Assembly: GCA_039799985.1 (NCBI GenBank)
Contig: JBDLRR010000301.1
Span: forward strand, 1 to 37,033
Source: Pseudomonadota bacterium
GTDB taxonomy: Bacteria > Bdellovibrionota_B > Oligoflexia > Silvanigrellales > Silvanigrellaceae
DNA: 37,033 nt
Direction of reading: 5' to 3'
Within the stretch, counting starts at the first letter, position 1; the number at the start of each line of letters is the position of its first letter. The notes below the pieces were generated by a model. That model saw nothing but the letters and a program-made list of their open reading frames with translations. It was not told the DNA's origin and did no database searches. The position numbers and the translations under genes are program-made. Shown piece by piece: positions 17,001 to 24,089 of the stretch.

Positions 17001-17571
17001 TCGGGGTGCGAACGAAATTGTTGTCTATGCGCCCGAAACATTTTCGCGCGATCAATCGCCGGCCAAGCGCGAGGTCATTGCCCGCTTTGAATTTCCACGT
17101 CAGGCCAACGGACGCCAGTTGTGCATCGCCGATTTTGTTGCGCATGAATCAACAGGCCTGGTGGATGTTTTGGGTGTGCAATTGGTGACCATGGGACACG
17201 TGGCAAGCCAGACCGCGCATGCGGCTTATGCCGACAGTCAGTTCAGCGAGTATTTCTATCTGCATGGATTGTCGACAGAACTCACTGAGGCCTACGCCGA
17301 ATTGATTCATGCGCAGATTCGTCGTGAGCTTGGCATTCACGGACGCGATGCCAAAAACAAACGGGCCTTGTTTAGCCAAGGTTATCAGGGCTCACGCTAT
17401 TCTTTTGGTTATCCGGCATGCCCGGACATGGAGCTCAATGAACCTTTGTTGAAGCTCCTCAAGGCCGAGGACATTGGTGTGACCTTGTCCGAGAGCCACC
17501 AGATGGTTCCCGAGCAGAGCACCTCTGCATTGGTCATCCATCATCACCAGGCGCGTTATTTTTCAACCTGA
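14074..17571 (+). CDS. metH: Cobalamin-dependent methionine synthase, full length (Hcy, pterin, B12 and AdoMet-activation modules)
   Basis: 1165 aa from the ATG at 14074. The ORF is open from 14017, but that stretch overlaps the ferredoxin gene. It has LLDGAMGT and GGCCGTTPEHI, the pterin module, GDVHDIGKN (DxHxxG), MSGLL, LGGAAL, and the activation domain PPFWGVRK...YGYFP...SFGYPACPD. Confidence 0.95.
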   Translation: MKNLSMSAALRERVLLLDGAMGTQIFAHGPTLEDYGGAQFDGCVELLNERRPQWIQGIHESYFRAGSDAVETNTFGCNEIVMAEFGLEHRVFDLNVQAVKIARDVADSFAEKKWVIGSVGPGTKLLTLLQVDYPTLYRSYYEQMRGLIAGGADAILIETAQDLGQIKVAVRAAHNAMRAVQKKIPIWVQLTIETTGTMLVGSDVQAALAAIEMLGVDVIGMNCATGPDEMRPHLAYLCESAPMMVSCLPNAGLPENRNGQTFYPLDPIPFAQRVLGIGKDFGLNILGGCCGTTPEHIKALADVRGSLNPPVRPARYERSVSSLYNSVSLSLEPRPLYVGERTNANGSKAFRDALARDNFDTMVEIAKEQSKEGAHILDVCVAYVSRDEKRDMSEFLKRLVTQVNIPLMIDSTEVPVIEAALQLAPGKCIVNSINFEDGEEKPRRILDLCREYGAAIVALTIDEKGMAKTCAEKLKIAERLYNLVVVEYGFAPEDLIIDPLTFTLGSGEAEWRNSAVETLDAIAGIQQRWPQVKTILGLSNVSFGLKAWPRQILNSLMLYHAVDRGLTMAILNASKIVPVARISPEHRKIFEALLFNQRTEIEDPLKEILNIFSDPNARMQKSVDDENLPVEEKLKIDIIDGRKGQIAAHALEALQTHPPLTIINDILLDGMKTVGERFGSGQMQLPFVLESAEAMKAAVRVLEPHIEKADGYKKGRIILATVKGDVHDIGKNLVEIILSNNGFEVLNLGIKQPIESIVETYRSQGADAIGMSGLLVKSTVIMKENLEYMAAHGFKTPVILGGAALTRDFVERECQAVYPGPVFYAEDAFAGLHLMEKICSGGVDELLATRKAKLAGAGGESSAERGVVVVRRGDKKVDLDAQGQSSWVRRDAVVPTPPFWGVRKVQHSLPELFEYLDEFALLRSRWGFAQGQLSDAEFEKVLQEKAVPTFERLREQVIREGTMHPAALYGYFPACSRGANEIVVYAPETFSRDQSPAKREVIARFEFPRQANGRQLCIADFVAHESTGLVDVLGVQLVTMGHVASQTAHAAYADSQFSEYFYLHGLSTELTEAYAELIHAQIRRELGIHGRDAKNKRALFSQGYQGSRYSFGYPACPDMELNEPLLKLLKAEDIGVTLSESHQMVPEQSTSALVIHHHQARYFST

Positions 17572-18122
17572 TTCCATGCAGGACACAGGTTGGTTCGCGC
17601 TTGGGGTTTGCGGTAAATCTTGTTGAGCGCGGAGGCGAAAGCCACCGCCTCGCAATCGTCGAACTGCAGGTAAATGTCGGGACGCTCGCCCTTGCTTGCC
17701 CAAGCCAGTTCCTTTTTGCAGCGGGCATCCATAAACGGATGGCGTCCTTGTGTTTTGCAGATATCGACGAGGTCTTCCAGCAAGGGCTCCGGATTCACCC
17801 GGACCATCCGCGTTCCGCCTTCATTTGAAACCTCAATTGTAAATTGCAGGGCGGAATTGAGATTCCTTACCATCGATTCTGCCTGTTCCTTGCCAAGACT
17901 GTTCATGGCCGAAGGTGTTGAAAGTGATTTCGTCAGTTCAGGCCGCGGAAGAATGTAGAACGTGTTGTCGGACTTCGGATACACCTTCCAATAGAGGCGT
18001 TGCTGTTCGGCGGCTGCCGGGGTGGAAGCGTTGCCACCTCCGGTCACACAGCCTGTGGATAAGTTGTGGAAAATCAAAACGGCCATTGCAAACATCCAGA
18101 TATTGCCCGGCTTTCGTTTCAT
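17556..18122 (-). CDS. Hypothetical exported protein / possible lipoprotein
   Basis: 188 aa from MKRKPGNIWMFAMAVLIFHNLSTGC. This is a signal peptide with a lipobox-like LSTGC that does not match the consensus perfectly. The 3' end overlaps the metH 3' end by 16 nt, in convergent orientation. Confidence 0.5.
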   Translation of the reverse strand: MKRKPGNIWMFAMAVLIFHNLSTGCVTGGGNASTPAAAEQQRLYWKVYPKSDNTFYILPRPELTKSLSTPSAMNSLGKEQAESMVRNLNSALQFTIEVSNEGGTRMVRVNPEPLLEDLVDICKTQGRHPFMDARCKKELAWASKGERPDIYLQFDDCEAVAFASALNKIYRKPQARTNLCPAWNQVEK

Positions 18123-18354
18123 GTGGCCTCCCTTCAAAGTGACTGGGAAAATTTGAACCATTGCCTCGTCTTTGAAAGCAGATGGTGTCTGAATATTTGT
18201 TGTTTTTCAAAAAGAGTCCACCTTTCTGACATGCAGGGAAGCTTGCCGCCTTCCGAACGCCCCGCTTTTGGGCGAGAAATGATCAAGTTGTTTTGACTTC
18301 GGCGCGAAGCCGAATCGGAACTGAGGATTGTTGGTTCCAGGGGAGAGTTTCTTC

Positions 18355-18696
18355 ATGTCAACTCAAGACACCCAGGGTCGCAAACTCGAAAATCTCGAAA
18401 AGGATGCCGAGGCTGCGCAAATCCAAAACTGGATCGGTTCACTCGAAAAATTGATGGAAGCCGTCGACAAGTCGGGAATCGATGCCGAACGCAAGAACGA
18501 GCTTTTGTTGCATATGGCTTCCATCCGCAACGAGCTTGCCTCGGGGCAATGGCCCAATGTGGGTGATGCTGTTGCGATGCAGTCGTTGGCCAATGAGGCT
18601 GGCTCCATTGAGCAAATGGCACAGGACTGGCAAGCATTGTCGATGCAAATCGCGCAGTGGATCAAAACAATTTCCGACTCCCTCGGGGTCAAATAA
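18355..18696 (+). CDS. Hypothetical small helical acidic protein (113 aa)
   Basis: The ATG at 18355 is preceded by GGGGAGAG. The composition predicts an all-alpha protein. I recognise no family. Confidence 0.45.
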   Translation: MSTQDTQGRKLENLEKDAEAAQIQNWIGSLEKLMEAVDKSGIDAERKNELLLHMASIRNELASGQWPNVGDAVAMQSLANEAGSIEQMAQDWQALSMQIAQWIKTISDSLGVK

Positions 18697-18715
18697 CCCA
18701 GAGTCCAGAATCTTG

Positions 18716-20167
18716 TTACAACCCGTGGCTTGCAGTGAATGCAAGCAGGACCTTGTTGTCGCGTACGGGTGTGGGTGTGGATTGTCCTTCCAGCTTTAGA
18801 GCCTTTCCCCATCCGTATTGGTAAATGCCACCCAGAGAGAATTGTGAATCTGAGGTTTGCGTTCCAAAGAACAGACTTGCACCCGCAAAATCAACCCGCT
18901 CGGGATTTTTCAACGAATTGAGTTCTTCCGGCCTTGAATCAAAATTGGTGAAAAGTCCCTGTCGAACGAAAAATTGTGGAGTGAAAAAATATTCGCAGCC
19001 CTGGTGAACATTCAAAACGTAATCCGTGACGGTGCCAGAAGAAAGAATCCACTCTGTGCGGCTGTGATAGCCGGCAATATCCATTGTCAGCATCAATTTG
19101 GGAGATGGAAAGGCGGCCAGGCCCAATCGAAAGCGGGTGCGGCCGAAACTCAGACCTTCGGATTTTTGAAGACTCTGTGGCTTGTTTGAAAAGCTGATCT
19201 TGGATGGCTGGCTGTTGCTCGTGACCCGCTGGACGATCTTGTTGCTGTAAATATCGATATCCTTTTGCACGCTCTCAGGCGTGGCATTCGGCAGCGCTTC
19301 AAAATCCGCTGCCACCGGCAGGCTCAGATCATTGTAATGAAAAATCGAGATCTGGTCGCCTTCATTTCTCATGGATTGCTTGATGAGCAGATCGGCATGT
19401 GATGAAAAACCAATGCTCAACCAAGGCCAGGGAGCCCAGAGCAAACCACCGCCAAACTCCGCCGCAATTGCCGTGGCTGACTGCTTGGTATTGAGTGCAC
19501 GACCAATATAGAGCGTCTTGCTTGCTGCAACTGAGTCAATGACTTTGACATTTTTGGGAGTGACTTTTTGAGTGACGTCCTGAAATTGTTGCTGGTCGAC
19601 GGCCAGTTGCCGGCCTCCAATACTCAATCCAAACGAAAGGTTCGAAAGAATTCTTTTTCCGGCTCCGATGCTGAAAACCAATTCACTCGTTTGTGACTTC
19701 TCGGCCCGATGAAGAAATTCAACGCCAAGTTCCGGCTGGCGGATAAAATCATTTTGGTTTGCTGACTGCTGACTGAGGTTCTGCAGCGTAAAGGCACCGT
19801 GAAGTCCATCCGAGAATTTGCCAAGGTCAATCACGCCACCCGTGAACGACGGAATGACATCCTGGCTGTCTTCAAAAAAAGATTCCTTGCCGGCAAAGAC
19901 CTTTTGGTAATTTCTGCGCGTGTATTGAAATGCGTTGACTGCAGCCGACAGGTTTGCAGAAGTCGCAAAGCCAAGCCCGGCCGGATTGTAATAAAGAGCT
20001 GAAGAATCATCTGCAACTCCCGAAAACGCCCCACCCATTCCCATGGCACGATCGCCTATCAAGACGTCTGAGAAGTTGTAAGGACCGGCGATAGCAATTG
20101 TCGGAAGTGCACACGCCGACAGCGCAACAGCAACTTGGAGCAATGGTCGTTTGATGAGCATGTTCAT
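18716..20167 (-). CDS. Outer-membrane beta-barrel protein, FadL/TodX/PorV-like
   Basis: 483 aa. It has a signal peptide ...ALPTIAIA-GP, then GDRAMGMGGAFSGVADDSSALYYNPAGLGF, which is characteristic of the FadL/PorV family. The rest shows an alternating beta-strand pattern. Its start overlaps the M48 stop as ATGA. Confidence 0.7.
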   Translation of the reverse strand: MNMLIKRPLLQVAVALSACALPTIAIAGPYNFSDVLIGDRAMGMGGAFSGVADDSSALYYNPAGLGFATSANLSAAVNAFQYTRRNYQKVFAGKESFFEDSQDVIPSFTGGVIDLGKFSDGLHGAFTLQNLSQQSANQNDFIRQPELGVEFLHRAEKSQTSELVFSIGAGKRILSNLSFGLSIGGRQLAVDQQQFQDVTQKVTPKNVKVIDSVAASKTLYIGRALNTKQSATAIAAEFGGGLLWAPWPWLSIGFSSHADLLIKQSMRNEGDQISIFHYNDLSLPVAADFEALPNATPESVQKDIDIYSNKIVQRVTSNSQPSKISFSNKPQSLQKSEGLSFGRTRFRLGLAAFPSPKLMLTMDIAGYHSRTEWILSSGTVTDYVLNVHQGCEYFFTPQFFVRQGLFTNFDSRPEELNSLKNPERVDFAGASLFFGTQTSDSQFSLGGIYQYGWGKALKLEGQSTPTPVRDNKVLLAFTASHGL

Positions 20168-21372
20168 GGGCGCGCCAACTCCCTTTGCATTTCAAAATAA
20201 AGAGGCGAACCAGTAATGGTTGGTCCGCCCTCACCGATCAACGTGGCAACAAATTTGCTGAGATTTTCGATTCGCAAGTCGTAGGGTGGATGTGTCGAAA
20301 ATGCGTTGTTGATCTTGCCGCTCTGCTTTTCTCTGATTTGATTTAAAAAGCCCTCAAGAGACTTGGGATCATAGCCCAACGTCGAGCTGATTTGTTGTCC
20401 GAGCCGGTCGGCCTCGAGTTCAAATTCTTTTTCCAGACCTTTGCTGAGGAGAGTGTCGAGCGCCTCCGACGAGGCCTGCAGAAGACTCAGTCCAACTCCT
20501 TTGGGTCCCAGCAGTTGCACCCACGCGGTCGTGTCGGGGTTGGATTCGACCTTGACTCTCTTGCGTGTTTCGATCACAGGATCGCTTTCATTTTTTCCTT
20601 GAGACTCTGAGTTTTTTGAAACCTTTTTCTGCAAGCTGGAAATCAGATGCCGCTTGCTGACGTGGACGATCTCGTGTCCCAAAAGTGCAGCGAGTTGTGA
20701 CTCGTTTCGGGTCGCCTTGAGAGCGCCTTTTGTGACGAAGATATAGCCGCCCGGGCATGCAAAAGCGTTGATTTTTTCAGAATTCAGGATGGCCACCCTG
20801 AAAGGCCGTCCCGCCGACAGTCCATTGTCGGCAAGAATTTGTGTGAGGGCCAGGACGTATCCCGAGACTTTTCGGTTGTTGAGGGTTTGATTTGCACCCA
20901 AGACCTGTGCCGCCATTTTGCGGCCAAGGTCAATTTCCCCTTCAAATTCTCCGGGTGTTGGTTGGGTTGTTTCGATAGCCGGAGGGAACGCTTTTTTTTC
21001 AAATTTGGCAGTTTCAGCGGACAATCTTGCCTTGAGTGCTTCGACAGTCGTCGGATCGGCGGTGCGATCCTCCATTTCATAGACGGCGCGCATGTTGGCA
21101 TTGGCAGACGCTTTGATAGGTGCATCAGGGTCATCGTCCAGACCACGGATCCCCATGATTGCAGTGTTGGTTCTCGCCCGCTTTTGGTCTGTGTCGGTTG
21201 ATCGCTTTTTGCTGAAAAGCTTCTTGTAGATTTCCTCGCTGACCGAGGATTTGCTTTCGCCGGCGAGAGCAACATCCGCTGTCATGATTGTGTGGGCCAC
21301 CGCCCCGCCACAGGCGACGGCGGCCGTAAAAACAGCAGTATGAACATAAAAATTACTTCGAAATTTCGACAT
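20164..21372 (-). CDS. M48-family zinc metallopeptidase (exported, possibly lipoprotein)
   Basis: It has an HEIVHVSKRH zinc motif and a distal EFELEADRLG glutamate motif. The N-terminal signal is FTAAVAC-GG. The ATG at 21372 has GGAG 9 nt upstream; an alternative ATG lies at 21381. Confidence 0.85.
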   Translation of the reverse strand: MSKFRSNFYVHTAVFTAAVACGGAVAHTIMTADVALAGESKSSVSEEIYKKLFSKKRSTDTDQKRARTNTAIMGIRGLDDDPDAPIKASANANMRAVYEMEDRTADPTTVEALKARLSAETAKFEKKAFPPAIETTQPTPGEFEGEIDLGRKMAAQVLGANQTLNNRKVSGYVLALTQILADNGLSAGRPFRVAILNSEKINAFACPGGYIFVTKGALKATRNESQLAALLGHEIVHVSKRHLISSLQKKVSKNSESQGKNESDPVIETRKRVKVESNPDTTAWVQLLGPKGVGLSLLQASSEALDTLLSKGLEKEFELEADRLGQQISSTLGYDPKSLEGFLNQIREKQSGKINNAFSTHPPYDLRIENLSKFVATLIGEGGPTITGSPLYFEMQRELARP

Positions 21373-21435
21373 TTCGATCATCTCCGAAATCTGGCCTCAA
21401 CCCGACCGGATGAATTTCGGAAGAAACATATTTCG
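21359..21435. repeat. Cluster of six ATTTCG/CGAAAT hexamers (candidate operator array)
   Basis: ATTTCG occurs at 21363, 21371, 21414 and 21430. CGAAAT occurs at 21359 and 21385. The array spans the M48 start codon and the divergent intergenic region, and includes a tandem ATTTCGAcATTTCGA. Confidence 0.5.
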
Positions 21436-21546
21436 AACGGGGGCAAAATTTTCATTCCCGGCAGAATTGGTCGCCTTTCTTGCTGATTGTTCGGGGTCTG
21501 TATAGTTCTCCGGCGTTAACAGGAGTCTTTTTCAAGAGGGAAAGAA

Positions 21547-21984
21547 ATGCATCAGGAGACTGGCCGGCGCTTGGATGGGCTCACGATTTTGGTTGTGGAT
21601 GATGCTCAGGACAATCGACTTCTTGTTTCTCGCTTTCTGACCTTGGCCGGCGCGCGTGCAGACGTTGCTGAAGATGCGCCACATGGAATCGTGTTGGCAC
21701 TACAAAAGCAGTTTGATGCCATATTGATGGATATCCAGATGCCCGGCATGGATGGCTATGAGGCGGTGCAAAGGCTGAGGGATCATGATTGTCATATTCC
21801 AATCATCGCGCTCACTGCACATGTCATGCGGAGTGAGCGAACCCGTTGTTTGAGCAGCGGCTTTGACGACTACCTCACCAAACCCATTTCGCGGGTCGAT
21901 TTGATTGAAACTCTTCAGCGTGCAGTTAAAAAATATCGTGACCGCGAGCGTATCTCGTCCCCAGAGACAAATACCCTGATGTGA
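21547..21984 (+). CDS. Single-domain response regulator (CheY-like receiver)
   Basis: 145 aa. It has ILVVDDAQDN, ILMDIQMPGMDG (phospho-acceptor Asp), IIALTAH and YLTKPI. There is no output domain. Confidence 0.9.
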   Translation: MHQETGRRLDGLTILVVDDAQDNRLLVSRFLTLAGARADVAEDAPHGIVLALQKQFDAILMDIQMPGMDGYEAVQRLRDHDCHIPIIALTAHVMRSERTRCLSSGFDDYLTKPISRVDLIETLQRAVKKYRDRERISSPETNTLM

Positions 21985-22001
21985 TTCGTTTCATGCGGAC
22001 T

Positions 22002-24089
22002 TCATTCAGCCCGCAGGCAGTCGGCCGGATCAAGACGCGCAGCACGTGACGCCGGCACAGCCCCAAAACCCAGGCCGCAGCCGATACTCACAATCAAGCC
22101 GAGTGTCATTCCCACGGGTGCTATGACCCAGCGGAATTCCTTGAGCATCGGCACGAACAGGCTGACTGCGAACGAAAAGCCATTATTGAGAATGAGTCCA
22201 ACCACAACAGCGGCACAACCCGACCAGAAACAAAGCAGAACAGACTCGGTTAAGATGTACGATTTGATGTGGAAATTGCGGGCTCCAAGACTCTTGAGCA
22301 AACCAATTTCCTGAGTCCGCTCGGCGACAGTCACGAGCATCATGTTCATGATGCCAACGCCGCCCACAAAAAGGCAGAGGCCCCCAATGAAGCCGACAAT
22401 TGCCTGAACAATCCAAAGGAAGCCGCGAACCCTGTCGAGAATGTCGGCGGGAATGGAGCTGCCGAAGGTCAACTTTCCACCTGATTGCAGGCTCAGGTAG
22501 GTGGTCAGTTCATTTGCGAGTTGACGAGAGTCGACTCCCTCGTTTGGCAGGACACTGAACCAAGTGAAAAATGTGGGCCCCATTCTGGATAGCAAGGAGT
22601 TGATTGGAACGTAAAGAATGTCATTTGCGTCGCGGTTTCCAAACGTCGTGTCTCGTTTTCCAATCACTCCGATGACAGTGAGGGTGACAAGGGTGTTGCA
22701 GTTGTCGACAGTGATGCGTTCACCCACGGGAAAGTCATGATTCCGGCGTCGCGGATCGGTCACCTTAAACAGCTGATCAACGGTGTCAGAACCAAGAATG
22801 GTCACAGCGGTGCCACTCGCAAACTCGCGCGCATTTGGCCATCGACCAACCCTCAAGGGCGTGTCCATTTCGACGAATTCATTGGCGTCACTCACACCGG
22901 AAAGACGTGTGCGAAGAGTTCCTGAATCGCTTTTGACCTGACATGTTCCGCTGCGTAGAAAGGGGCGAATGGTGCCCTTTTTTGCAAACATCTGGGCAAG
23001 CCGGGGGAATTCAATTTGCGCATGGAGTCCTCGCCAATCGGAGGCACGTGCACCATGAAATCCACCGCGGTCGGCATCGAAATAGACATATGCCTTGCGT
23101 ACCGAACTTGTGTAAAACAATTTGTTGAAAGCGTTTTCGACGATTTCTCCCAGCCCATTGATCACGATGAGGCTGAGAATGCCCATAAACAGCCCAAGGC
23201 CTGTGAGAATGCTGCGGACACGGTGTGTGGCCAAGCTGCGTCTTGCCAGAGTCATGCTCTGCGCCAGCATATGGCGAAGTTCAGAAGCCTCTGCTTTGTT
23301 GAGCAACTTGTCTTGTTTTTTGTCTGCAGCAGGTCCAATAGAAACTTTATCGACCCTGCTCTCCATTGAAGGAGAAATGTTCGGTGATTGCTTTTCATCA
23401 GAGACGATCTGACCATCAAACACAGAGAGGATGCGGTCCGCCTGGGAAGCAACATCTTTGTCGTGGGTGATCACCACAACGGTGCATCCTTCGCTGTGCA
23501 ACTCCCTGAGCATTTTGAGCACTTCCACAGAACTTGCAGAATCCAGTGCACCCGTAGGTTCGTCAGCGAGCAACAGTTGAGGTTTCAGGAGCATGGCACG
23601 ACAAATGGCCACCCGCTGCTTTTGCCCGCCAGAGAGTTCCCGGGGCAGACGATCCGCCAAACCTGCAAGACCAAACCGCTGAAGCAGTTCCAATGCACGG
23701 CCTTTGCGTATGTCTGCTGTTGGCTCGTGAGTTTTGGACGCAACTTCAAACGCAGATGGCAGCAAGATATTTTCAAGCACGGTCAATCGGCTGACCAAGA
23801 GAAAATTCTGAAACACAAAACCAATATTCCGGTTGCGCAGCTCTGCTATTTGTGACTCGTCAAGAGAAGAAAGGCCTTGCTCAAAGACGGACACCTCTCC
23901 TTCTGTGGGCCGTGAAAGCAGTCCCAGGATATTGAGAAGTGTTGACTTGCCCGAGCCAGATGGCCCTACGATGGCAACAAATTCTCCCGAATTGATGGCG
24001 AAGTTGACGTTTCGCAATGCCGAAAAGGTGGCTTCCTGGCTTGTATAAGAGAAACCCACATTTTTGAGTCCAAGCACCTGCGTGGTCAT
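22002..24089 (-). CDS. macB: MacB-type fused ABC ATPase / FtsX-permease efflux protein (copy 2, distal)
   Basis: 695 aa from the ATG at 24089, which overlaps the TolC-like stop as ATGA. It has GPSGSGKST, LSGGQKQRVAICRA, LLLADEPTGALD and VITHD. These are followed by a TM, a large periplasmic domain and an FtsX C-terminus (ERTQEIGLLKSLGA). Confidence 0.9.
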   Translation of the reverse strand: MTTQVLGLKNVGFSYTSQEATFSALRNVNFAINSGEFVAIVGPSGSGKSTLLNILGLLSRPTEGEVSVFEQGLSSLDESQIAELRNRNIGFVFQNFLLVSRLTVLENILLPSAFEVASKTHEPTADIRKGRALELLQRFGLAGLADRLPRELSGGQKQRVAICRAMLLKPQLLLADEPTGALDSASSVEVLKMLRELHSEGCTVVVITHDKDVASQADRILSVFDGQIVSDEKQSPNISPSMESRVDKVSIGPAADKKQDKLLNKAEASELRHMLAQSMTLARRSLATHRVRSILTGLGLFMGILSLIVINGLGEIVENAFNKLFYTSSVRKAYVYFDADRGGFHGARASDWRGLHAQIEFPRLAQMFAKKGTIRPFLRSGTCQVKSDSGTLRTRLSGVSDANEFVEMDTPLRVGRWPNAREFASGTAVTILGSDTVDQLFKVTDPRRRNHDFPVGERITVDNCNTLVTLTVIGVIGKRDTTFGNRDANDILYVPINSLLSRMGPTFFTWFSVLPNEGVDSRQLANELTTYLSLQSGGKLTFGSSIPADILDRVRGFLWIVQAIVGFIGGLCLFVGGVGIMNMMLVTVAERTQEIGLLKSLGARNFHIKSYILTESVLLCFWSGCAAVVVGLILNNGFSFAVSLFVPMLKEFRWVIAPVGMTLGLIVSIGCGLGFGAVPASRAARLDPADCLRAE

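Noticed and set aside
15061-17145. A 694-aa ORF on the minus strand, the longest unexplained ORF in the track.
   Set aside because: It lies entirely antisense to the well-supported metH coding frame. Its translation is low in complexity (rich in R, H, L, F and I) and has no recognisable motifs. Long antisense ORFs opposite highly constrained genes are a common artefact.
18298-18314. A small hairpin, TTCGGC-gcgaa-GCCGAA, in the 5' region of the 113-aa ORF, together with A/T-arm palindromes nearby.
   Set aside because: The 6-bp stem has no flanking conservation evidence or T-tract. It cannot be distinguished from chance.
21468-21483. A sigma-54-like element, TGGtcgcctttcTTGC, upstream of the response regulator gene.
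   Set aside because: The spacing between the GG and GC elements is one nucleotide longer than the TGGCAC-N5-TTGC consensus, and the -24 box is only TGG. This is too weak to call.
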